This document shows positions 45,201 through 56,047 of a DNA stretch of 64,000 nt, in pieces (position 1 is the first letter of the stretch; every line of letters starts with the position of its first letter). Source of the DNA: Macrostomum lignano (Eukaryota); NCBI GenBank assembly GCA_002269645.1, contig NIVC01001988.1, forward strand, positions 124,001 through 188,000, in the 5' to 3' direction. The position numbers and the translations under genes are program-made. The notes beneath the pieces were generated by a model, which worked only from the letters and a program-made list of their open reading frames with translations, had not been told where the DNA came from and searched no databases.

Positions 45201-48200
45201 GCGCTTAGTGTAGCTAATTGTGAGGCGCTTAGTATAGCTTATTGTGAGGCGATTAGTGTAGCTTATTGTGAGGCGATTAGTGTAGCTTATTGTGAGGCGA
45301 TTAGTGTAGCTAATTGTGAGGCGCTTAATGTAGCTTATTGTGAGGCGCTTAGTGTAGCTTATTGTGAGGCGCTTAGTGTAGCTTATTGTGAGGCGCTTAA
45401 TGTAGCTTATTGTGAGGCGCTTAGTGTAGCTTATTGTGAGGCGCTTAGTGTAGCTTATTGTGAGGCGATTAGTGTAGCTAATTGTGAGGCGCTTAATGTA
45501 GCTTATTGTGAGGCGCTTAGTGTAGCTTATTGTGAGGCGCTTAGTGTAGCTTATTGTGAGGCGCTTAATGTAGCTTATTGTGAGGCGCTTAGTGTAGCTT
45601 ATTGTGAGGCGCTTAGTGTAGCTTATTGTGAGGCGCTTAATGTAGCTTATTGTGAGGCGATTAGTGTAGCTAATTGTGAGGCGCTTAATGTAGCTTATTG
45701 TGAGGCGCTTAGTGTAGCTTATTGTGAGGCGCTTAGTGTAGCTTATTGTGAGGCGCTTAATGTAGCTTATTGTGAGGCGCTTAGTGTAGCTTATTGTGAG
45801 GCGCTTAGTGTAGCTTATTGTGAGGCGCTTAATGTAGCTTATTGTGAGGCGATTAGTGTAGCTAATTGTGAGGCGATTAGTGTAGCTTATTGTGAGGCGC
45901 TTAATGTAGCTTATTGTGAGGCGATTAGTGTAGCTAATTGTGAGGCGATTAGTGTAGCTAATTGTGAGGCGCTTAGTGTAGCTTATTGTGAGGCGCTTAA
46001 TGTAGCTTATTGTGAGGCGCTTAATGTAGCTTATTGTGAGGCGCTTAATGTAGCTTATTGTGAGGCGATTAGTGTAGCTAATTGTGAGGCGATTAGTGTA
46101 GCTAATTGTGAGGCGCTTAATGTAGCTTACTGCGAGGCGATTAGTGTAGCTTATTATGAGGCGCTTAGTGTAGCTTATTGTGAGGCGCTTAGTGTAGCTT
46201 ATGAGGCCGTTACTGTAGCCTTTGAAGCGTTTAGTGCAGCTTATTGTGCGCTTAGTGCAGCTCTGCGTTTAAAACGCCCGACTCTCACGCCAAAGTCTGT
46301 ATGCCGCCGCCACACTTATTTGGGACTCGAGTGCACGAAAATTGGCCTGAAGCCTGGTTCTCACCCTAGAAAATGGGGAAGTCAGTGTCACTGTGCACTT
46401 TGAGTGAGTGCTCAGGGGTCAGCGGAATGGGCGTGATGGAGCAAATATAGCCAATAAAAGTACACAATGTTGCCGCTATACAGGAGAGCCTGGACTGGGA
46501 CACCCGAATGCGGCTGGTCCGCCTTGTTGGCAACACGGACTGCTCGGCCAGCCTGCAGGCGCTTCGCCGCTGTCACGCCGTCGACGTGCTTTCCTCATAC
46601 CTGCGCGAGCTGGTCGCTGACGACGCCGCCTCCGGCGCCTCCGTCCCGGCTGACGATGGCTCGTCAAATGTCCAAGCGACTGGTAGCGCGCAGACGCTGG
46701 TGCTGGCGTTGGCCCAGCTGCCCGTGGCCTACACCCAGCATGTGGCTCAGGCCATGCCGCTGCTGGAACGCCTGGCCGACTGCGCCGCCGCCCGCAGTCT
46801 GCTGGACCGGTGGCGCCAGCTGCCCGGCCAGCCGTTCGGCGGCCTGCGGATTCCCAAGAAGCGCCCGGAGCTGCGCCAGACGCCCCCGGACCCTGACGAC
46901 CAGCCGGAGACGCCGCCGCTACCGACATCGCCGGCTTCTTCGTCGGCGCCACCGAAGGTGCAGTCGCTGATGCCGGAGCTGCCGCCGCCGCCGCCGGCCC
47001 GGCCTTCAACTCGGCGGCTGCCCAAGGCGGAATTCCGCCGCCTGTTCGAAGCCTACGTGGCCTTCGACGACGAGCAGCGGAAGGCGGCCGCCGAAGCCGA
47101 AGCTGCCGCAGCCGCCGCCGCCTCGGCCTTTGCGAAGCCGTCGCCTGCCGACCTGTTGAAGGACGATCAGGCGATGGAGAAGGTGATCGGCCTGCTGTCC
47201 AAGTTCCTCAACTACCTGCTGAGCCACGGCGACCCGCAGTGCGCCCTGACCGACGCCGAGCTGCTCTCCGTAGCGGAGGATCGCCGGCTGCTGGGTCTGC
47301 TGGAGTACATCAAGAATCTGGATGATGTCAGCATCATCACCGACAAGATGGAGCTCGTTCCGGCCGCTGTGCAGCCTCCGCGCAGCCGCCGCCGCTGCAG
47401 TCGCCGAGCGAGGAGGAGCGAGTGAAATTTGTTGAACAGCTGCACCAGCTGATTGTTGAATGCGTGGACGGAGTGTACGCCTCCGGCTGCGTGGACGAGA
47501 TGGTCAGGTAGTCAGATAGTCACGATCCCCCTTGACGTCTCAGCAATTCCCCCCATGAGCCACAGCATCTCAGCAATCCCCCCATGAGCCACAGCAACTT
47601 AGCAACCCCCCCATGAGCCACAGCAACTTAGCAACCCCCCCCCCATGAGCCACAGCATCTCAGCAATCCCCCATGAGCCACAGCATCTCAGCAATCCCCC
47701 ATGAGCCACAGCAACTTAGCAACCCCCCCCATGAGCCACAGCATCTCAGCAATCCCCCATGAGCCACAGCAACTCAGCAATCCCCCCATGAGCCACAGCA
47801 ACTTAGCAACCCCCCCATGAGCCACAGCATCTCAGCAATCCCCCATGAGCCACAGCATCTCAGCAATCCCCCCATGAGCCACAGCATCTCAGCAATTCCC
47901 CCCATGAGCCACAGCATCTCAGCAATTCCCCACACCATGAGCCTTTACGTCTCAGCAATTCCCCCCATGAGCCTTGGCATCTCAGCAACTCCCCCCCATG
48001 AGCCACAGCATCTTAGCAATTCCCCCCCCATGAGCCTTGGCATCTCAGCAACTCCCCCCATGAGCCTTGGCATCTCAGCAACTCCCCCCATGAGCCACAG
48101 CATCTTAGCAATTCCCCCCATGAGTCTTGGCATCTCAGCAACTCCCCCCCATGAGCCTTGGCATCTCAGCAACTCCCCCCCATGAGCCACAGCATCTTAG

Positions 48201-48854
48201 CAATTCCCCCCCATGAGCCTTGGCATCTCAGCAACTCCCCCCATGAGCCTTGGCATCTCAGCAACTCCCCCCATGAGCCTTGGCATCTTAGCAATTCCTC
48301 CCATGAGCCTTGGCATCTCAGCAATTCCCCCCATGAGCCTTGGCATCTCAGCAATTCCCCCCATGAGCCTTGGCATCTCAGCAATTCCCCCCATGAGCCT
48401 TGGCATCTCAACAATTCCCCCATGAGCCTTGGCATCTCAACAATTCCCCCATGAGCCTTGGCATCTCAACAATTCCCCCCATGAGCCTTGGCATCTCAGC
48501 AATTCCCCCCCCCCGCTATGAACCCTCAAATTTAGAGTCTCCCATCCTTGGAACTGATTCTAAATTCTTAGGAAGAACAAGTTTCCCTCAAATGATAGTC
48601 AGATTTAAACTGATTCAGTCTCACTAATCCTCCTCTCTACCCTGCCCAGACCTCGGCGGGACCAGGCGCTGCTGGCCCCCCAGCTGGTGCAGCAGCTCAT
48701 GTCCCCGGGCCACATTGAGCAGCTCATGCGGCACACGGGCGGCCGCCTCGCGCTGGACACGGCTGTGCAGACCTTTGTCCGCGAGTTCGTGGTGGACTTC
48801 ATGCTGCAGCCCACGCCAGCCACCGTTGAAGCTGCCGCAACTGCTTTGAAATAA
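42217..48854 (+). CDS. SETD2: SETD2/Set2-like H3K36 methyltransferase (exons 42217-45012, 46484-47507, 48650-48854; apparent 1-nt deletion at about 47380)
   Basis: AWS (CDC..CTDECMNRLLQIEC..C..CTN), SET (KGWGL, EYVGEV, HHYFMSL, GNWARFANHSCSPN, EVTVDY), post-SET (KCYCNSPNCTG), then a helical region matching SETD2. GT-AG introns are phase-compatible once the frameshift is allowed. RS-rich N-terminus. Confidence 0.88.
45028..46262. repeat. 24-bp minisatellite (TTAGTGTAGCTTATTGTGAGGCGC), about 50 copies, in SETD2-like intron 1
   Basis: Directly visible. Confidence 0.98.
47535..48512. repeat. 29-30-bp minisatellite (CCATGAGCCTTGGCATCTCAGCAATTCCCC / CCATGAGCCACAGCATCTCAGCAATCCCC) in SETD2-like intron 2
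   Basis: Directly visible; related to the 31558-32770 unit. Confidence 0.96.
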
Positions 48855-49627
48855 GCGACTTATTTTATTTCTTACATGTCCTAATTATACTACTTATGTT
48901 TTCATCTACCAGTAGTGCATAAAGCAAGTTAGTAAAGAAATTTGATAGCGTTAAAAGTAATCAAATTTGTGTCCGCTAACGTGCCTGCCTTAGTGTTTTC
49001 TAATCCGAATGTCGCCTCCATATCGAGAGTATTGAAACTGCCTGTCATGTTCAACATTCCCCTTTTCTATTTACCTACTCATTAGAAGTGCTCCAGGTAC
49101 TTTTTCTGCTGGCGTGTGTGTTCAAATTCCCCGAATAATCTCAAGGACTTCTCCTGACGCGGCGATAATTTTAAGAATGACTTGTAACTGTATAGCCTTA
49201 CGGTTTAAAATAGTGGTCATTGTGAATTATCATGTAGTTGATTTATTTAATAGCACAGTTTTCAAATCGGTGTTGTGCACTTTAATAATATTGCGAAACT
49301 GATTGAGGCTTCTATTCGAAATGGCAGCTAAATTTGTTTATCCAAGCTTGTGACCCTAAGCTCATTTACGTTAAGTTTATTGTGCTGTCTTTTTAAAAGT
49401 GCAGGCGGAAACAGTGTGATTTGTGAAATATAGCATACGAGTGCAGTAAAGTTAGCAGCGGGTGTATCAAGTGCCTGCTCTTGGCCAGTGAATTCAGTCT
49501 TCATTTCCTTCTTTTGCATGCGACCAGGTCCAGTTTTGAATAATAGAGAGTCGCCTTTAGAACTGGAATTTTGTCAGGCATAGGATTAACACTCAGTCCC
49601 TAATCTTCTTTAATAACCGTGTTAGGC

Positions 49628-49795
49628 TCTAGTAATTATAATAATAATTGATTACACCTATCCAAATTGGACCAGATGTGCAACCGACAGCTCAGCCGCA
49701 GCTATTGCTACACAAATTGTTTCAGTGAGATCGGGAATCGAACCCCCGACCTTCAAGTCGTGAGTCCGACGCTCTGACCACAGGGCTACAACCCC
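49628..49795 (-). mobile_element. Internally deleted copy of the tRNA-derived SINE
   Basis: Reverse complement gives GGGGTTGTAGCCCTGTGGTCAGAGCGTCGGACTCACGACTTGAAGGTCGGGGGTTCGATTCCCGATCTCACTGAAACAATTTGTGT joined directly to AGCAATAGCTGCGGCTGAGCTGTCGGTTGC; both parts match 36077-36400. Confidence 0.85.
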
Positions 49796-49858
49796 TGACT
49801 CTAACACTAACCCAAACCCTAACCATAGCACCAACCCGAAATGCCTGATAACCCTAAT
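49796..49858. repeat. Degenerate (CCCTAA)n-like tract
   Basis: CTAACACTAACCCAAACCCTAACCATAGCACCAACCC..ACCCTAA; short and imperfect. Confidence 0.4.
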
Positions 49859-49863
49859 AGCGA

Positions 49864-51787
49864 ATGACTACTACTTATAGTAGCGTTCAGAATGTTCACT
49901 CTCAAAGCCGCACTATGAATGTAAAAAATCGGCTTCGAGATTCCATCGCAAATCGCCCGAGCTGTCTCTCCCGCCAACTCCAGCCCCGGCCGGACCCGAT
50001 GCTGTTCTCTCCGTCAGCCTGGCTGAAGACACCCTCGCTGCCCATCAAGCTGAGCAAAGACTCGAAGAAAGCCAAGCAGCAGCAACAGCAGCAGCAACAG
50101 CAGCTGGCCAAAGCAGCCGCAGAATCCAACGGGCAGCCCGACGCCCCCTCCACCCCTCCGGACTCAACAGACCCTGCCACGCACGCAATCCCCTGCAGAA
50201 ATGTGGCCTTCGCACTCGATGACGACTCCACCCTGTACAGCAACACCTGGGTGCTGTCGCTGCACTCGCCCGTGCTGGAGGCCATGTTCTCCAACCGGTT
50301 CATTGAAAGCGACCAGGCCGTGGTGAAGCTGCCGGGCAAGGATCAGGCGCCGATGCGGGCTCTGCTGAACTGCCTGCACAATTTGCACTTTTGCCGGCCT
50401 ATTAGCAACTACATCAGCCCTGAGCTGGCTGTGCCTGTCCTCGCGCTGATCAAGGAGTACCAGGTGCAGGTGCTGTGGGAGCCCGCGGTGCAGCTCCTCC
50501 GCAACAATATTACCAAAGCTAATGTTGTTGTGTACTTTCAGGTAAGCTCTACTTTATTTTGCCACTCCGTCTCCTCCGGTTCTTCAGCCAGACACTCCGC
50601 CCCACTTCCGGTTCTTCAAACGGCCACTTCCCGCCCCTATCCCCGGTTCTTCAACCGGCCACTTTCCGCTCCCTCCCCCAGTTCTTCAACGGCCACTTTC
50701 CGCCCCACTTCCGGTTCTTCAGCCGGCCACTTTCCGCCCCACTCCCGGTTCTTCAACCGGCCACTTTCCGCCCCTATCCCCGGTTCTTCAACCGGCCACT
50801 TTCCGCTCCCTCCCCCAGTTCTTCAACGGCCACTTTCCGCCCCACTCCCGGTTCTTCAGCCGGCTACTTTCCGCCCCACTTCCGGTTCTTCAGCCAGCCA
50901 CTTTCCGCCCCACTCCCGGTTCTTCAACCGGCCACTTTCCGCCCCACTTCCGGTTCTTCAGCCGGCCACTTTCCGCCCCACTTCCGGTTCTTCAGCCGGC
51001 CACTTTCCGCCCCACTTCCGGTTCTTCAGCCGGCCACTTTCCGCCCCACTTCCGGTTCTTCAACCGGCCACTTTCCGCCCCACTTCCGGTTCTTCAGCCG
51101 GCCACTTTCCGCCCCACTTCCGGTTCTTCAACCGGCCACTTTCCGCCCCATTCCCTGTTCTTCAACCGGCTACTTTCCGCCTTATTCCCGGTTCTTCAAC
51201 CGGCCACTTTCCGCCCCTATCCCGGTTCTTCAACCGGCCACTTTCCGCCCCTATCCCCGGTTCTTCAGTAAGCCACTCACAGTTGAACAAAGTAAATAAG
51301 CTGAGCTCCCACCTGCCCCAAAACGCCGCAGGAGGTGCTGGACTACAAGCTGGATGAGCTGGAGTACTCCATGCTGGCCGAGATGAGCCTGTTATTCGAG
51401 AAATGCCTCCGCACTCTGGAGACTCAGAAAGCGTTTCGCGAGCTCAGCCGGCCGATCAGGGAGCGAATCCTCAGCGCCCTGTGCGTGTACCACCGAGTGA
51501 CACCCGCCAACGAGGTCCTCGGCGAGTCCGAGTGGTTCGGCCACGACCCCAACTGCAAGGGCTGCGGCCGGGTCAAGGACATTGTGGTGGATTGCGAGAA
51601 ATGCCTGCACGACAATTTCATCTGCAGCCGCTGCCGCCAGTACGGCATCTTCATCTGCTACGCCTGCAACGAGGAGAACTCCTTGAATATCCGGCGCATG
51701 CGGCAGCCCGCCGGCCCGCTGACAGGGAGGCCGCGGCCGCCGATGAAGATGATTGAGGCTGGGAGAGAGGCTCTTTGTTTAGAGTGA
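49864..51787 (+). CDS. BTB/POZ-domain protein with C-terminal 4x CxxC motif (exons 49864-50541, 51332-51787; start and last codons uncertain)
   Basis: BTB: NVAFALDDDSTLYSNTWVLSLHSPVLEAMFSNRFIESDQAVVKLP. Donor CAG|GTAAGC at 50542, acceptor CGCAG|GAG at 51331, phase 0. C-terminus CKGC..CEKC..CSRC..CYAC. Confidence 0.8.
50570..51270. repeat. 34-bp minisatellite (CCGGCCACTTTCCGCCCCACTTCCGGTTCTTCAG), about 20 copies, in the BTB gene intron
   Basis: Directly visible. Confidence 0.96.
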
Positions 51788-53452
51788 CATATTGCCATGT
51801 ACAGAGTGACATTTTACATCAAGTGTGACATTCAAATGATATGCCGTTTAGAGTGACACCTTGCCTTGTTGAGTTGCATGAAAGAATAAAATTTGCTATT
51901 GGGTAGCGTGGATTCTGCTGCTTAGAGTGACATTGATCTCCCATGTAGAGTGACATTGGTCTCCCGTGTAGAGTGACATTGATCCCCCATGTAGAGTGAC
52001 ATTGATCTCCCATGTAGAGTGACATTGATCCCTCATGTAGAGTGACATTGATCCCTCATGTAGAGTGACATTGATCCCTCATGTAGAGTGACATTGATAT
52101 CCCATGTAGAGTGACATTGATCTCCCATGTAGAGTGACATTGATCTCCCATGTAGAGTGACATTGATCCCTCATGTAGAGTGACATTGATCCCTCATGTA
52201 GAGTGACATTGATCCCTCATGTAGAGTGACATTGATCCCTCATGTAGAGTGACATTGATCCCTCATGTAGAGTGACATTGATCTCCCATGTAGAGTGACA
52301 TTGATATCCCATGTAGAGTGACATTGATCTCCCATGTAGAGTGACATTGATCTCCCATGTAGAGTGACATTGATCCCTCATGTAGAGTGACATTGATCCC
52401 TCATGTAGAGTGACATTGATCCCTCATGTAGAGTGACATTGATCCCTCATGTAGAGTGACATTGATCTCCCATGTAGAGTGACATTGATCTCCCATGTAG
52501 AGTGACATTGATATCCCATGTAGAGTGACATTGATCTCCCATGTAGAGTGACATTGATCTCCCATGTAGAGTGACATTGATCTCCCATGTAGAGTGACAT
52601 TGATCTCCCATGTAGAGTGACATTGATCTCCCATGTAGAGTGACATTGATCTCCCATGTAGAGTGACATTGATCTCCCATGTAGAGTGACATTGATCTCC
52701 CATGTAGAGTGACATTGATCTCCCATGTAGAGTGACATTGATCTCCCATGTAGAGTGACATTGATCTCCCATGTAGAGTGACATTGATCCCTCATGTAGA
52801 GTGACATTGATCCCTCATGTAGAGTGACATTGATCCCTCATGTAGAGTGACATTGATCTCACGTGTAGAGTGACATTGATCTCACGTGTAGAGTGACATT
52901 GATCTCCCATGTAGAGTGACATTGATCCCTCATGTAGAGTGACATTGATCTCACGTGTAGAGTGACATTGATCTACAGTGTAGAGTGACATTGATATCCC
53001 GTGTAGAGTGACATTGATCTCCCGTGTAGAGTGACATTGATGCCTCATGTAGAGTGACATTGATCTACAGTGTAGAGTGACATTGATCCCCCATGTAGAG
53101 TGGCATTGATCTCCCGTGTAGAGTGACATTGATCTACAGTGTAGAGTGACATTGATCTACAGTGTAGAGTGACATTGATCTCCCGTGTAGAGTGACATTG
53201 ATCTACAGTGTAGAGTGACATTGATCTACAGTGTAGAGTGACATTGATCTACAGTGTAGAGTGACATTGATCTACAGTGTAGAGTGACATTGATCTACAG
53301 TGTAGAGTGACATTGATCTACAGTGTAGAGTGACATTGATCTACAGTGTAGAGTGACATTGATCTACAGTGTAGAGTGACATTGATCTACAGTGTAGAGT
53401 GACATTGATCTACAGTGTAGAGTGACATTGATCTACAGTGTAGAGTGACATG
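51780..53452. repeat. 23-bp minisatellite (TAGAGTGACATTGATCTCCCATG), about 70 copies
   Basis: Directly visible; CCCTCATG, CTCCCATG and CTACAGTG variants occur in blocks. Confidence 0.98.
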
Positions 53453-54026
53453 GCAACGGTTTGCTTTGTTTATTTGCCCGACCACGTGTTTACTCCAGTT
53501 TGCGTTTGTTTTAATTTCAAATTTTAACGAACTGCTTTTGTTGATTTGTTTTGTTTTAATTCTCTGTAGCTGCTAATTTTGTATCTGATAGATGAAGACT
53601 ACAAGCCACGTTATTCCGCTATTGTTTCATCGACAAAGATTTATTCAGTAGAATAGACTGATTTTTGAGACTCAGCTTTTGATCATGTGAAAATATTCCA
53701 GGCGTGGCTTCTTAAATTTTATGCACTGTCAGAGTTGCACCAAAACTGAATATGTTAAATTCGGAATTTTTAAAACTTTTGCTAACAACCCGCGTGTCTT
53801 CCACTGCTATCATAATAATGTAATAGTGCTGCATAAACATGTGCTGTATATTTATTCAAGACAGAGATGTCCAACCATCGCTTGTAATTGTCCTAATTTT
53901 GTGATGTTCTTTTTTTAATGAGATTAAACCGCAGTTTTAATTTATTTATCCATAATGCCAGATTAAAAAGATTTTAAACTAAAGGACTAAAAAGCCTGCG
54001 ATTTTATCCGCTTCCCTCTTTGAGCC

Positions 54027-54887
54027 TTGGCAACTTGACAACTTGGCCCTTGAGCCGCACTTAGACGACGCCCATTCCGCTAACCCCTGGCAACCACGGG
54101 CAGCTGGTTCTGTGGTGGTGCCGGCGTCCGGAGGAGGTGGATAGTCGCTCGCCCGGTAGCCCTTAGGTAGCGGACGAGCTGGCAGAGATTCTCAGGCCCG
54201 AGAACGTCGGAGAGGTCCGGGTTTGGGCCGGCTTGAGTTAAAGCGGGGCAGTCACGGATGATGTAAGTGCAGAGAGGCACAATGGGCATTTCTCACTACG
54301 GATTTTTCCCTGGAGGTGGCGACGCCTGGCAAAACAGCCATGACCCGAGAGGGCCATGGTCACCGACCTGACGTCCCTGCGGTTGAGTCCAAGCAGGGCC
54401 CTGCGCAGGGCGGAGGAAGGACAGGGGACAGCCGCGCGGGATTGCCGGCAGTCGGGGACATTAGCCCACCTCTCCCTGTGCTTAGAAGCCACCCACTGGT
54501 TGATCCGAGTGGTGACAACGGCGGTGGGGGCCACGGGCCCCAGTGAAAGAAGCGGTCAAGCCAGGCCATCGACCAACCCGTTGCTGGGGTGGCCCGAGTG
54601 CCCGAGGATCCACATCCACCTTAGGGACACCTTGTTGGAGGCGCCTAAGCGGTTGATCGAGCTGCCCGATGTAGTCGAGGACTGTGCGCGAGCAGGTGGT
54701 GGTGCCCTCAAGGGCGAGGATTGCCGCTTGACTGTCCGAGTGGAGGATAATCTTCCCCCAGACGCGCTGATTGTACAGCTCCATGGCGCAGGAGCTGATG
54801 GCGAGAACTTCGTTCTCGAAAACGGTGGAGCAGGTGCTGGTTTGCTGAGAGAAATTCGCCACGGTTTTCCATCCAGACACGAATCCC
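54027..54887 (-). mobile_element. 5'-truncated, frameshifted LOA-like LINE fragment (RNase H + C-terminus + 3' UTR)
   Basis: STVFENEVLAISSC..IILHSDSQAAILAL (54482-54880) and [22 protein letters not shown] (54238-54534) parallel ORF2 at 16833-17700. Tail of CTTG(G/A)CAA units; candidate TSD TTGAGCC (54020-54026, 54889-54895). Confidence 0.88.
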
Positions 54888-56047
54888 CTTGAGCCGTACT
54901 TTGAAGTGTCGACTTCCTTTACAAGCCGTTCTTGGGTCAGCCTTAAAAATGAGGGTTATAGAGAAGTTAGCAGTCCAAGTTGCGGGTTGAAGATGTCCTT
55001 GGCAAAACTCCTTGCTAGCTTCGGGTCGGGTCGGCTGTCTTTTCGAAGTCCTTGATGAAAAGTGAATCGCTGAGAGTAGTTGATGACGATCCAGCCTCCA
55101 TTACAATATTCGTAATATATTTGGCTTATCGTACCAGGGGTTTAGCAGCAATGGGAGCGGGTTCCGGCCCGGAAGTGACCGCCCAGCAAAGTTACAACTG
55201 ACAATTCTACAGCAGAAATGTGTGGCTGCCCATACAGTCATGCATTTTTCTCGTAGTTGTTAAAAATACGCAGCAACTCTAATGTGGCATCAGCAACCGG
55301 CCTACATGTAAATTGGTCAGCCATGGACTTCTATAGACAGGCATCTGGATTGGATGAGGCTGGCTGGCTGGAGAGAAAAACATGGACTGTTTGTCAGTAG
55401 GAATACCAAGCAACCCTCCAGACCGTCAAGATATTGAACGATAGCGCCAGCCAGAAGGCAGTGTTTTTTCCATAAACGCTAGTGCCTCAAATTTGCTCAT
55501 CATGTCAGCATGTGTCTGCATCATCTCTGACTTTCGTGGCCTCTGGCCCTCGCCCAGGCGGAGCTTCTGAACCTTGAACAGATGACTATGGAACCCTGTT
55601 GCGGCTAATTCCGTTTTCGCTCTGTATTTTTACAGCGTACAGATATTAAGTATTGCCCGTTCATGTCCGTGTCTCCATCTGGCAATAAGGTACCGCATTC
55701 GCGCCTCGCCTATTGACCGAGTCGAGCTAACTCCAGCGTTTGCAGCAGTGCTCTTCAGTCAACAAGTCTAATCCAGAGGCTATTATTATTCAAAAGCCCT
55801 GAATGGGGTTGCTTTGTTTCTCTCCTCGCACACTCTGCTAATTGCTTCCGGCCATAGACAAAACGATGGTGTAGTTCGCAAACTGCAATTAAGTGTAGCC
55901 TAGCAGCTGCAATTTCCTACATTTTGATTTATGAGCCTAATTTCGAATAATGTATAAAACTGACCCAACTAGTGGCTATTAAGGTCCCCTATCATTCCCT
56001 AAACTCGAAATTGCATTCCCGAATACAGCTACCGATATCGCTGCATA

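Noticed and set aside
49724-49795. tRNA gene (Val-like, CAC)
   Set aside because: Poor D and anticodon stems, and it is fused to SINE body sequence shared with 36077-36400; treated as a SINE head.
54047-54896. Alternative 11-bp TSD CCCTTGAGCCG for the truncated LINE
   Set aside because: It would exclude the GTCAAG-type tail that is homologous to the full-length element's tail; the shorter TTGAGCC is preferred, but the boundary remains ambiguous.
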